A stretch of 64,000 nucleotides of DNA from Microbotryum violaceum (GCA_001244265.2 CDLV01000005.1:2356001-2420000); one strand, 5' to 3'. Positions 47,716 to 61,029 are shown, numbered from the stretch's first letter. Numbers and translations: made by a program. Notes: generated by a model not told the origin, from the letters alone.

Positions 47716-47765
47716 GACGACCGACGACCGACGACCGACGACCGACCACCTACCACTGACCACGG
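47716..47765. repeat. Heptamer microsatellite (gacgacc)n, degenerate at the right end
   Basis: gacgaccgacgaccgacgaccgacgaccgaccacctaccactgaccacgg, in the FRE/CTR intergenic region. Confidence 0.85.
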
Positions 47766-48331
47766 ACGAGCAAGCTGCGGTGCGAGTCTGAGTAGGTGCG
47801 GCCTTGCTGTGTGGTGCTGATGCAATGTGTGAGGTGGTGCCCGGGGTATGTAGGAGGTTGGGTTGTGAAGATGCACAAGGAGTGCTCGCGGTGTGAATGG
47901 CGACACGAACGTATTCGGTCTTAAGACTCGCGCTGCTCGGCCGCTCTCGGCAACGCGCGTGCGGGCACTGCTGCTCTGCTGCGGTCGAGCCAGGTCGAGC
48001 CGGCGAGACGAACGCGCAGTGCACGTGGGGCGACCCGTTCGAGTTCATTTATAGCCGCTTTTCTTTTGTCTACCTCGGCATCCTTGCACCAATCCCCGAT
48101 TCGCTCCTTCTCCCATCCTGCAGCAGCACCTTAGTCGACTGCAGACATGTTCCCCGCTCGGACACACCCCACCGCCCCGAGTACGAGTACGATCGCATTG
48201 AATCGGCTCGTTCTGGCAGCAATCGGGCCCACGCTCGCACTCGCTCACGGCTCGGATGTGAGATCAATAACAGCATTCGTGCACTCTGGATGGGAACTCC
48301 TGATTAACGACTCGATGGTTGTCTCCCGCAG

Positions 48332-49108
48332 ATGCAGATGGACATGAACATGTCCAACTCGTCCACGGCTACGATGGGCACCTCCTTCTCGACCACGTGA
48401 GTCGCGCCGACCTCCGCCGTTCGAGGAGCCCCTGAGCCCCCCCCTCCCCCGCCCCCACCTTGCTGACCCAGCAATTTTTCCCTCCTCAATAGCATCGGAA
48501 GTTCCCAACTCTGGTTCGACGGCTGGATCCCCACAAGCTCAGCCAGTACAGCCGGCGCGTGTATCGGACTCGCCCTCCTCGCGATCCTCTCCCGTTTTCT
48601 CGCCGCCGTCCGAACCTCGTGTGAAGCCAACTGGACCCAATCGATCCTTCGTCAAAGAATGGCACAACACCAACCGCTCGTCGATGCGACCTTGCTCAAT
48701 ACGGTCCCGACGATGCCCTCGGGTGGGAGTGATCGGGGCGCTGCTTCGGATCCGAGCAATAAAGCCCAGGCAAGCAATCGGTCCGAGCTCGGGGATTTAT
48801 TGCACAAGTTTCATTCGAGTCCGGCGCCCTTCACACCCTTGATTGATTTGCCGCGTACCGTCATCTTTACTGTGAGTTATAGGGACTACGCATTGTATGT
48901 CACCTCGCCCCGCACTGGGATTGAATTTTTCGTTTTCCGTACGACACAGCTACAAGCGTTCATCGGCTACTTGCTCATGTTGGCGATCATGACCTATTCG
49001 GCGTGGTTCTTCATCTCCATCCTTTCCGGTCTGGCACTAGGCGAACTCTTGTTCGGCAGGTTCATCAACCGCCATGGTCACTCGAGCGACTTGGGTTTAC
49101 ACCATTAA
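48332..49108 (+). CDS. Ctr-family copper transporter (3 or more exons)
   Basis: Met-rich N-terminus MQMDMNMSNSSTATM; LWFDGWIPTSSASTAGACIGLALLAILSRFL; IDLPRTVIFT|LQAFIGYLLMLAIMTY (MxxxM); GLALG (GxxxG); His-rich C-terminus. Confidence 0.92.
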
Positions 49109-49551
49109 GCGTTGGGCGGCGGGCCATTTTGGAGACATTCCCCTACCAGTAGACATCGTACAATGTTTTCCACATATTTTGTACATTTTATGCAACCCTT
49201 CATTCTCAGTTGATGCCCAAGGGAAAAAAAAAGGGAAAAAACAGACCCACGTAGTCTCAACCTGTGTGTGCGAAGGTAATGTCAATTCGGTGTTTGGAAT
49301 TTGCCGCGTCGCACCAACACCAGCAGCGTTCGTGCTTTGGATTTTAGCCTCCTCTCCTCACGTCGCGTCGACGTACCACCTCCCTACTCGAGCAGTTGTG
49401 TCTCGAGGACGCGCCACACCGCGTGAATGTACGCATGAAAGCTCGTGTAGGACACGATAGCCAACTCACGCGACACGCCACACACCTCCCAGCACGTGGA
49501 AGCTCCCCCCAGCACGAGCGCGTGTGGGGGGTTGGGAATCGTGGCGCAGTG

Positions 49552-52500
49552 ATGGCACCCCTCAAGACTGATCAGCCACGCCAATCAGCCCAACTGGAGC
49601 CTCTCACGCCTCATCGATCGCGAACCGAGATCAACGACGGTCAAGCACAAGCTCAGGCTCAACAGCAGAGCTCGTTGCTGGATATGAAGGACGAGGTCAG
49701 TTTGGTGCTGGCAGTTGGGAGACGACGCGCTCGAGAAAGTCGTGTCATGCTCTTTCACCTCTTGCTAGAGCGTGCCGCTCTTGCTTCCCCGATACTGAGT
49801 AGTATCCAAGGAGCTCACACGATCGAATTTGTCCTTTCCCCAACGCTGCGTCTCGGCTCCACGCAGCTATTCCGGATCGTCAGAGATAAGAGGAAGCGAG
49901 CGCCTATCCAGTACGACCAAATCCTGGACGCGGCCTGGGCTCGAATGATCAAGGATGAGACTACCGCTGGAACACTCGAGGTGGCCAATATGGACGCTCA
50001 TCGCAGGGCTCGTGAGTTGATTGCTGATCATTCAGATGTTGACCCTCCCGAATCTGTTACGAGTTGTAGACTGGATAGAAGCAAAGCTTTGCTCAATCCA
50101 TTCTTTGGTCTAAACTTCGCATAGAATTCAAGCTTTACTGTGACCTCATGCCCCTCTACAAAAAGACGCTTCGCAGGCCTCACGTGTACGGTCCCAGTTC
50201 TTTGATCGGACAAAACGAAGGCTACGACGACTTCAACGACGATCTACCTCCCGGCGCGACCACTTGGGCTCTTCTTCACGATCGTTTCCGCCATCACGAC
50301 GTCAAAAAGGATGATAACAGCGATGTCGAACTTGAAGACCCTGACGGTATGCGTATTAAATGGGTCCCACCGACCAAGGACAAGGGCAAGAAGCGAGCGA
50401 TCGAACTCGACCATCCCGAAGGGCCACCGAGGAAGAAGACTTTTTCGAACAACGTCCCACCGCGAGATGACAAAGAGAAAGGGAAGGGCAAGAGCAAAGC
50501 GAAAGACAAGGGCAAGGGGAAAGCGAGGGAGAGGGATGTCGAACCTGAGATCTTGTACCTCAGCGACGATGATTGGATGGGAGAACGATACACCTTCATC
50601 CCCCACAAGGCTCGACCTGCGAAACCGGGACCCGCCGCGGGCGGACAAGGTTCAGCGCCGCGCGCCAAAGCTAGACCGTTCCATCCGGATGAAGACGAGT
50701 GGGATAGCTCACCGCCACCACGAAGTCCATCGCCCGATAGAGCTGCTCGTCGACCAGCTCCCCCATCTGCTCCAGTGGGAGCAGCTCCGGGACCGTCCCG
50801 CGACAAAGATCCCGAACAACTCGAGAAAGCGGCTTTGGAGATGATCCTCGCCGTCATTCCCGATGTCGAACCCCAGTACGCACGATCGCTGTATCGACAA
50901 GCCCTTTATGGTCAAAGCGTCGACCATATTGTCGAGAAACTACTCACCGAACCTTATCCCAAAGTCGTGGTAGGCGCCAAGACCAATGAGCACAAACGCA
51001 AACGTGACGTTGCCGAAGACGAAGATGAAGACGATATGATCGACTCCAAGGGTTACCTCAATATCGAGACTCGTGCCTGGCCCTCTCTTCTTTACCAACA
51101 AGCCGCACAAGGGTACTTGCTCGACGACTTGCCTCTGATGCGACGAGCAGACATTATGAGGGTGTACAAGAACGAGTGCAAGTGCTTCTACGCGCCAACG
51201 TACATCAAGCTCCAAGCGGCGATGAAGCAGAACGATCGAGAGCGCGGCTTCACCTTGTTGAAGAAACTAACGACACGAAAGCACTACAACGGCTATGGTG
51301 CCGAGAACGTTGAGGACGAACGAACGTGGGTAATGCGCTATGTCGATCGTGATGCGATTCGAAAACGAAGAGAGGAGGAGATCGCCTGGCAAGAAAAGAA
51401 GGAGATTGAGGAAGAGATCAAGAGCGGCGCCTTCTTTGAATGCGGGTGCTGCTTTGGTGATACGGCCTTCTCGAGGATTGCGACGTGCTCCGAAGGATGT
51501 CAGTTTTGTCGCGATTGTGCGACGCAGAACGTCAATACGCAGATTGGGATGCGCAAGGTGAGTAGAGCACAGGCTTCTAGAAGGGGTTTCGGTTTTCGGG
51601 GATGGCAGCGTTAGGTCCTGATCCAAGCTATGCTGCCCGATCGCACAGTGCGTGATCCCATGCATGTCCGTTGACGGCTGTGCAGCAATCTTCCGCGACT
51701 CGGAATTGGAACGATTCCTCCCCTCCACGACCCTCGCCGCGCTCGAGAAGATTCGTCAAGAGAAGGAGGTTGATCTGGCCGAGTTGGAAGGGTTGGAGAA
51801 ATGCCCTTTCTGCAGCTTCGCGTGCATTATCGATAACCCCAACGAGAAGCTGTTTTATTGTATCAGCGACGCTTGCCGTAATGTTTCTTGTCGTTCATGC
51901 AAGAGGGTGAGCGATCGCCGTGAAATTTCGCCTGGTCGGGATTACAAAGGCTGATGATGGTTTGATTTTTGGGTCATGCAGAAGGACCACTTGCCGAGGA
52001 CGTGCGAAGAGGAGGTTGCTGCGGAAGAGAAAATCAATAGCGTTCACAAGGTCGAAGGTCAGTACGACCGGGTTACTCCCGATCTGCTTTGAGAGTGCTC
52101 ATATTTGCTTGCATGACCCTCAGAGGCCATGTCGGAAGCGCTCATTCGCAAATGCCCCAACACTCGCTGCGGAGAACCCTACATTAAGGAAGACGGTTGT
52201 AACGTGAGTGACGTGGAATTTCCGTCATAGTCCGGCCGTTTCTGACCCCCATTTTTATTTGGCGGCTGTGACGATAGAAAATGACGTGCCCCTCATGTCG
52301 AACAATGTCGTGCTTCATTTGCGGAAAAATTGTGAGCCCACAAGCGTCCTTCGAGTAATCTTTCGTCGTGAATTGGAAGCTTACACTCCACCTTTCTTTT
52401 CTTGCTACAGGTCAGCGTGAGTATGATGGCCTGCCTCCGACCCTTCCGTTATATTCCCACTCGGACTTGATCTGACACTGAATCCGATGCATCGAACAGG

Positions 52501-52890
52501 GCTACGAGCACTTCAAGAATGCAGGCTTTGCCAATGCGCCAACAGGTCCCGACGCGAATGCCACTTGTCTTTTGTGGGACGATCACAAGACTCGAACGTT
52601 TCAAGAGGTGACTGCTCGCCTGCCCCACAAAACGAATGATCGGAGAGCGCTGAACTACTTTGATCGCGCTACAGGTTGAAGCCGCTCGCGCAACAGCAGC
52701 TGCCGAAGTACTCAACGCGAACCCCAACATTGACAAGGAGGCGCTCAAGAAACTTGCGGACAAGGCACCCCCCATCGATCCTCGGTATCCAGTGCCTCAT
52801 CTGCCTGTGCAAGCTCGTCCGGCTCACGCGGCACCCGTGCCTAATGTTGCCGCTCCTGCTCCTCGAGGGGCTCGAAGTAAGGCTCGTTAG
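49552..52890 (+). CDS. RBR (RING-IBR-RING) E3 ubiquitin ligase, RNF216/TRIAD3-like; multi-exon
   Basis: CUE-like ILAVIPDVEPQY segment; FECGCCFGD..IATCSEGCQFCRDC; CMSVDGC; LEKCPFCSFAC...FYC...CRNVSCRSC; EAMSEALIRKCPNTRCGEPYIKEDGCNKMTCPSC..SCFIC. Confidence 0.88.
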
Positions 52891-53457
52891 GCTTTGTATG
52901 ATCGAGTCCCTAGATAGTCGCCGCTGTGATCGGGCGTACACTCGGTTCACTCATCGTGGCAAAGAACGAGGCCCGTTCCGGTACTAAGACGTCCAACGAA
53001 AGGGTTCCCGACAAGCTCTCCGATTTCGTATCATTGTATTCTTCTCTCCCCTTTACCTGCTTTGCTCTCTCTGCATTCTGCATGAAATGGCTCCTCGAAG
53101 CCGTAATTTCTCCTTTTACTTTTGCTTTGCATCTTTCTCGTAGTACTGCTGTGTATACCATGACGCTTCATATAAACTGGCCCACGTACATCTCACTCCA
53201 AGGTGTGATTCCTCGAGAAAACCGATTCGGCTTGTCCTCATGCTTCAAGTCTCGAGTCGAACCCGAGGAAACGACGGCACGGGGCTGATGCTATATATCT
53301 TCGTTACGTCTAATCAAGCACAGATACTATATCGTCAAGAAAGTTGCTAAAAGCATCATCAGTGTCTACTAAAACACACCATGGTGGTGTGCTATCGTCA
53401 TCATGTCGATCTTGGCCTGGACAGGGAACAAGTCTTAGACTCGGGCTCAATTCGGCT

Positions 53458-55388
53458 TTATGCCACGATGAAACCGAGGGCAACGAGGAAGGTGGTAAAC
53501 AGGCCATGAGTTGAGGTCAAAGTCGACGCGCCCGATCCAGCAGTCGTAGTCGCTGAAGCGGACCCAGTCCCTGTCGAAGAAGGACCCGAACCATTAGTTG
53601 TCCCTGAACGTCCGGTCGACGTCGCCCTAGAGCCGGGAGTGGTCGTACTTGCTGCAATAGCGACGAAACCCGTCCCCGTCGAACCCGCCACCGTCGAAGT
53701 CGATTGAATCACCGCGGTCGTGTTGTCGTTCGTTTCGATGTAGGCGTTGTTGAGGTCCTCGCCGATGCACGAGTTGATCGTTTGCAATTTGAGAACACCG
53801 GCTGAGATGACGCTCGGCAAGTAGAAGTTAACGGCTAGGTCCACGGATTGTTGGTACAAGTCGTGCGACAAGACGATGATGCCGTTTGAGAGGGTGTTTT
53901 GGGCCAAGGAGAAGAAGTTTTGCACGTTCGTCAACGCTTGAGCAGCCGTGACGGTGCCGGCGCCGATTTGGTAGTCCTTGGTGTCGAAGACTTGGTCATT
54001 AGCCCTCGTCCAGATGATGGGCCTCAGTCCCATCTTCATGGCGATGTAGCGCACTCGGTCGTCGATGTCTCCGAAAGGGGGTCGGAACGTGTTGGGGGTC
54101 ACACCAGTGACGTCGTAGATGACCTTCTTGGTCCAACCCAACTCGGCAACGATTTGTTCGTTCGTCAAAGTCGTCAACGCTGTGGGAAATGGGAACAAGC
54201 TCGGAAGTCTCAATGTAGTGCCAGCCAAACATGCGGGAAATTACTGCTGCAGATCACTGACAGGAGTGAGCCCAAGTGTGGACACTGATCTGATGGCCTT
54301 CCATGTACTCGGTCTGGACCATCTGGGGTCTCGAGATGACACGCGAACCGACGACGAAAAACGTCGACTTGATGTTCTGCTCAGCCAGCAAGTTGAGCAA
54401 GCGCGGCGTGTCGGGCGAAGGTCCATCGTCGAAGCTGACACCATAGTCGTCCTTGGTCGGGCAGTACGAAATATCGGTCGCGCGGGTGCACCCACCGCAG
54501 GTCCACCAGCAATATCCGCTCGAACCGGCATTCTTGAGTCCGTCGGCGTTGAAGGTCGAGTTGGAGCACCCATTGACTCCTGTGACGGGGATGTTAGGTG
54601 CGTTCGCGAGGTCGGCCTGAGCGATCCACGCTTGCACCTCGGGGGAATTTGTCGGCGGGACCTTGTCGAGCGTAGGATAGTTGGCCGGGCTGAGTTGCGA
54701 GACTGAAATAGATAACGGAGAGTCAGCAGCTAGAATAGCGGTTTGCGAGACGCCCTATGTGTCCTCGTCAAAAACTCACTGTTGGGGAGAACAGGGGCTC
54801 TCTTGACCGGAGGTGTTGACCCAGCAGCGTAAGTTGATGGCAATGGCACGGTGACCTCGGCCGTGGTCGTGGATCCAATCAAAGAGCTGTAGTCCGGTCA
54901 GATTTTGTTGATGGACGGAATACTTAGCAAGTATGGTCTCAATCCAGCTTCCGTGGACGACGATCTGGCGCCAAGCCCGAGAAAACGTTGGGCGCGCGGG
55001 CTAAGGCGCGGTGGGGCGGACACCAAGTACCGCCGGAGCGCGTGGCCTCCGCAGCGCGCGTGCCAACCTCGCCGCGCGAAGTCGAAGGCGCAGGAGGGAA
55101 GCCCAATTGAACATAGTCGTAGATGCACCACGGCAGGGCAAGGAGGCAGTCCGTACGAAGGGAGAACCCAAGAACAAAAACTTACACAGACGCCAGAGGT
55201 AGCGAAGTAAGGGGAGCACGCGATGCGGTGGCAGTGGCGGTTGTGGCAGCTCGGGTCGCCGAAGCCGAAGCCCTGGCTGTTGTCGACTGGGCCGCCTGGC
55301 GAGCTAGATGGCGGTGCATGTCGGCGGCATCGACACCGACACTCGTCAGAGCGAGTAGCGAGGTTGCAGATAAAAACAGTTTCACCAT
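53458..55388 (-). CDS. GPI-anchored chitin deacetylase (CE4 / polysaccharide deacetylase), copy 1
   Basis: Signal peptide MVKLFLSATSLLALTSVGVDA; CWWTCGGCTRATDISYCP; YGVSFDDGPSP; TFFVVGSRV; GHQISVHTWAH; TFRPPFGDIDDRVR; GIIVLSHDL; Ser/Thr stalk and GPI signal. Confidence 0.93.
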
Positions 55389-55948
55389 GGTGGTCTTCGT
55401 CGTGCTGATCGTCGTTGTGTGCGGGTGAGTGAAGAGAAAACGAAAGCTAGTCGACCGGTTCGTGCCAAGGCCGAATCGATCGGTGGCCGTCGGGTTGTCC
55501 GAGCTTTCATCGTCAAGGTCCCACAACGGCGCTATCTTGTTGCAAGTAAGAGACGTCTTTAATGGCGATGTAATTAAAATAACGGGAGTTGTGAAACAAC
55601 CCCCAACGAATTACGTAGAAGGAGTTGAGACCTCTACAGCAGCCCGCCGAGAACCGACCGCTGTTCGGTGGATGCTATGAAGGCGCGTGCGCCAAGACTT
55701 TTGGCTACGCGTACAGGCGTGTAATCTAGACGCGCTGGATGTATGCGTCGTCGGTGATCTCATAATGCTCAATGCCTTCAAGCGGGCCTTCACGTGACTT
55801 GAATGGCAGGAACTAAGTACTTGTCATTCCCAAGTGTCTAGATAAGATTGCGTGAAGATTTTTGCAATATACAGCGAAGCAATCAAAGTAAGAACATAAG
55901 GCCGCGAAAACAAGATCGTAAAAGTTGCGACGGATGGAGAACCGCTCA

Positions 55949-58260
55949 TCAGACGAGCAGAGCCCCGACGACGAAAGCGCCGAGCGTCAGCAGTCCCATG
56001 ATGTATCCAACATCATTCGGGCTCAAGCTTTGAGCAGCCGAAGCTTTGGCCGTCGACGTCGCCGACGTTCGCGACCCACTGGCGGAGCTGGTGGCTGTGG
56101 CCGAAGAACCCGATCCGGTCGTGGTTGCGGCGGCGTTGTTGGCGGCGTGGGCCATGGTATAACTGAGAGGAACGACTAATGAGCCGGCCTGACCCGTCGA
56201 AAGAGGGATCGACAGGACGGGGGCGCTCGTGGCAGTGGCCGTGGCGAGCGAGATCGAAGTCGTGCCCGCAGTGAATTGAGCAAAGTTCTATTCATTGAGG
56301 GACGAGCGGGAACAGGGAAATCGAAAGTGAATTTTGATACATGATTGATAGAGGATCAGGTGGGTAGCACCCAGACTTACGGGATAAGTGTAGTCTGTTT
56401 CGAGGTAGGGCTGCGAGTTGTTGTAGCATACCGCGATGGGGACTACGGCCTTGAATTGACTCTTAATCTTGGGCAAGAAGCTCTTGGACTCGGACATGGT
56501 GCCGTTGTTGAGCTCATGCGTGAGAACGATTGTGCCTTGACGGGCGAATGTGCCGTTCGACTGCTCGGTCAAGATTGCATTCTATGCAAGCAAGAACGGC
56601 GGGTAAGCATCGATCTCGGTGCTGCGGAGGGCAATTTGAGCGTACATAGTTTGCCTCGATCGTCGCCGCGCCAAGGGTGCTAATGTCGTAATCAAAGGTA
56701 TTGTCGGACCAAATCACAGTGGTCAGACCAAGAGCTTGAGCAATGTATCGGACGCGATCGTCGACGTCGCTGGAAGTGGAGAATGGGGTTGGAAGTCAGC
56801 ACCCTCAAGTTTTTATCGCGTCGACTCCTGTCACTGGACCGTCTGCTCACCCATAGGGCGGTCGCCAGCATCGGACAGTAACACCGATCACTGATTTAAT
56901 AGCCTTCATCGAGTAGTAGAGCTCCGAAAACACTTCCTCGTTCGTCAAAGCCGTCATGTAAGGATGACTCCAGGTGTGGGCACAAATCTCGTGGCCATCG
57001 TCGAGACCGCGCTGCGCTTCGTAGGGCCAGTCGACGACGTTGGAACCTGCAGCGACAAAGAGGGAAAAATACAACGAGTGAGCTTTCTACTTGCCTGAAC
57101 ACGTGCGACCAGTGATCGAGAGAGAAGCGCACCAATATAGAATAAGGTCGCCTTTTGTTTTTGCTCGTAGAGGTAATCATAGAACGCGTTGTGCCTGGAG
57201 AACACGATTGGCACACGAAAAAGAGCCGCGATCAGCCTCAAGTTTATCACGGGCCACTGTTGGGTAAGAGAGATCTTTCTCACGAGCAATTGGGGCCTGT
57301 AAACCGGTTGAGCGTGAATCGTGGAACGAAAGTAAATGATGCGTATTGCATTGTTCAGTTGTTGTCAGAGCAGGCGCAGCGACGCGAGCGGTAGTAGCCT
57401 TCGATGGACTTACCATCATCGAGTGTGAAACCCCAGGTCTCGGGCTCAGGGCACCGCGTGACATCAGCTTTCAGCGCAGCGATCTTGGGTTGTGTGCAAA
57501 GTGTGTCCGTCCACCAACAGGCCGGGTCGGCCGCGATGTCGTAGGTCACGCCCGTGAAATCGCCTGCTCGCGTTCCGCGAGGTGCGATGTTGGGGATGGA
57601 CGAGCTCAAAGCTTTGAAAAGAGCCTGGTCCTCCGTAGTGGCCTTCCTGTTCCAGTTTTTGGAGCAGATATCGATGACAATGACGGAAGCTAGGGTCAGC
57701 TGTATTACGTGGGCAAAGACTGGAAAGATTCCGACCATCCGGCAAGCTAAAAAGCTCGATGCGCGCAAGCGGCGTCTCTGATAGGGGCGACTCAAGATGA
57801 TGCACTTACGAGAGGTTGGCAGTCTCCCAGAGCGCCGGAAAACCACCATTGTTGAACTAGAGGGATAACAAACCGTAGATATCGTCCGTGGTCAGGTATG
57901 CGCGGTCAGCGAAGTCTTGTCTTGACGCGTTTGCGCAGTCTAACCGTTCGTTCACAATCAACCGCCACCGGCCGCCGACGGCCGGAGGACTTGCCAGCAG
58001 CAGCAACAACGGCGGCGGCGACGGGCCAAACGTTCTGCGCAGCAACTCGGACTGACCAGAGTGGTGACGGGGGCAAAACTATAGGACTTGCACTCGTCAG
58101 TCAAGGTCTCGTTTGCGGCATCTTGTTCACTGGTCGGCGCTCGGGCTCGAAGAGAGGACGAGCTGCGGCGAAGGATCTCGAAGTCGGCGCAGGCCGCGGA
58201 CGCGCTGGCGACCATCGAGGCGACCGCCGATGATGTAAGGGCGAGCGTGTCAAATCGCAT
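55949..58260 (-). CDS. GPI-anchored chitin deacetylase (CE4), copy 2 (MP98/CDA2-like)
   Basis: Signal peptide MRFDTLALTSSAVASMVASASA; DPACWWTDTLCTQPK; CPEPETWGFTLDDG|PNCS|HNAFYDYL; ATLFYIGSNVVDWP; GHEICAHTWSHPYMT; CWRPPYGDVDDRVR; GTIVLTHEL; GPI tail. Confidence 0.93.
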
Positions 58261-61029
58261 AATGACGGTAGACGGCGGATGGCAGGCGAGCAATCGGCTC
58301 CGGGTGAGCTTAACAGTGGCAGAGGGGTAGCAGCTAACGATGGGCACGACTATCCAGGCGGACGTCCAGGTGTTAGTAGGTGTGAGAGGAAGAATAGCCG
58401 GGGCTGTGGTCGCTTGCGAATCTCACGTCTAAATGAAGCGGCAGGAGAGGGCACGCGCCGAATCGCCGAGCGGCAGCCGCTCCGCAGTAGGTCAATCCGA
58501 GACGATCGCTAAGAATAGCACTCGGCCGCGAGCACCGCCGGCATCTTTAAAAGAGGGTACAGCTGTTTGGGGCCGAATGTCACGGCACGAAGCTCCTTCT
58601 AATTATAAGGATGGTTTTCTTCGAAGGCACAGCTCGCACGCCGTCGACTACCCCCGGCAAGTTCTTTGTTGGTGGTCTGCCACCTCGAGGTGATCCTTAA
58701 TTGACGCGCGCGCGTTAGCTCGGGACTCCACTTAGCAGGATGTGCAACAATGGTATCGACGTCTAGCTCACGAGTAATTTCTACCATTAGGTTACGGGGA
58801 GATCATGTACCAAACCTAGGTACCAAAAAATGATTTGATGTGCTTTGGACCCCAGGTCAGCCCCCATCCGGCGAGGACTCCTCGTTTCACCATCGCGCGA
58901 CAGCCTTATTTTACAGCCCCTGTGTGGTGCCGCCGTCAGTGCGCCTCATAGTCTGGTGATACCGCCGCCTTCCGATTTACTACAAACCGCGATAATTGTG
59001 CTTGTGCATTGGTACCTACCTAGCGGTATGCTGTGCGGACTGAGAGGCCCCTCTCCCGGCCGGGGAATGCATATTCAATAAAAGCTGCCGCTACGTCGCC
59101 ACGCGCCTGCGTCGCTGTGCACCTCGGAGGACCGTGCGCGAGAGTGCGGGAGAGGTCGCGCGAACAAGCAGCTCTGAGCCGTCGCCCACACCTCAGCCAC
59201 TTCCACTCCCACCTGCGTATAACCGAACACGTCGTCCCGCCGTCCCGTCCTACCGAAATATGGTATGGTGGGTTCTGCTTGCCTTGAGGCACCTTATCGG
59301 CCAGGTCTGGGTCCGTATGGACCACGCCAACTGCGCCGCCATCTGCTCTTCGCAGCGCAGGGACGTCCCTGGTCTGTGCTCGAGTGCTCTTCCATCAGCA
59401 ATGATGCGACATACCACTTGGACCTAGACAGACTTCGCCTACAACCGCACGGCTCCTGTTTTCGTGCATACCGCACCCTCTCCCGCACAGACCCACGCCT
59501 CTTCCTCTTCGTCTTCCCTGATTATCCTCCCCTCCCGCTTCCCCCTATACCATCCAGCCGCTCACAGTCCATCTTGTTCGCAAGATTGGATCCCCACGGC
59601 TAAGCGACGGCGTGAAGGCGTAGCGAATACCAACATGACCTCGAGCCATATGTTGGACTCGAGTGTTCCGCCTAGTTTTTTGCTTCGTTCGATTTAAGAT
59701 TCTCATCCTTTCTCCTGGTTTCGACCAGGGTTTAGGGTTCGAGCAATCGATGGTGAATGTGCTTCACAGCTAGGTGACATTGATTTGTACAAGTTGATTA
59801 TGTGTTTGTAGCAGGTGCTATGGTACGCCAATCAAAGTGCGCTGTCTATTCTAGATCGCTTCCGGGAGCTTGCAATGGTGGCCCAGCCTTGACGTTGTAC
59901 TGCACGCCAACACCTCTCAAGCGCATTTGTTTTGAGCCAGATACACTGACTTTGAGATGGATGGGGAGGGGCGTTGAGAATAGGCTCGTGGCATGTGCTG
60001 AGGCGAATTCATGGGAGGTGGGCCGTCTGAACGTCCTCCGATCCGGGACTCCATCTTGCAGCAGTCCCAGAGGTCGTAATTGCAAGAGGTGAGATATGTT
60101 AGTAAACTTTCGCTTGGACCAGTCCTTATTATCACAAGCTTCTCCATAGCGCGTTTCGACACCTGCTCCCATTCGTCTTCGGTGCCGATGCACGCATGGC
60201 CAATCCCGTCCTCGTGCCATAGTTCAAGGATTCTTTCGGTCTCGACATCCGAAGGGACAACACGGAGCTTTAAGTATCCATCGTTGCCCTGGCTGTCTCC
60301 AGCTGCCTTTGGGGAGGTAGAAGGTCGTCGAATCGCACCAGCTCTCGCCGACTTGGGCGCTCCAAGACAGGGGGGCAACATTCCTGACGTCGTCTCGCCT
60401 TTTATGGTCACTCCTACCTCGAACGCGACATGTAGCAGTGCAAATACAGACCAGTGTATTCGTTCGCAATCCTGCCTTTGTAGCGAACACTAGGTACGGT
60501 ATCGACAGGGTTGCCGACAGGGTTAAAGTACATCTCCGAGGGTGGGGTCAGTCGAGGCTGCGAGTCGCGAGGGAAGCGCACCTCCATTCGATGGGAATCG
60601 ATGATGGCCACAGAGGTGGACGAGTAGCCACTATGTGCGAAGGCGTTGGTGAACAGTTACGCCCCCATCTATTCATTATTGTTTCCTCGGGCTAGCGACG
60701 GGAGGCAACGTCTGTAGCGCTGCGATTGAACGTCGGACCAGCTGCCAATCGGCACCGAGAGTTTTGATCGCAAGGTTGATGAGGTTGTAGCGAGAGACGT
60801 GAACGCCTGTCGATTGATGCTCGAGCTGGGATTGGGCGGGAGAGAGGGAAGGACGCGGGCTATCGATGTGAGACAACTTCGAGTGTCCGCGCGCGATGGT
60901 GACTCTAGGAGCCAAGGTTTGTGCGCAAGTGGGGGTGAGCTGACGCTCGCAATCGGAGCCCGACCGGCGAACGCTACTCTCCCCCGCTCCATCACCGATC
61001 GCCGACCCCCGCTACCACGGACAGCGGGG

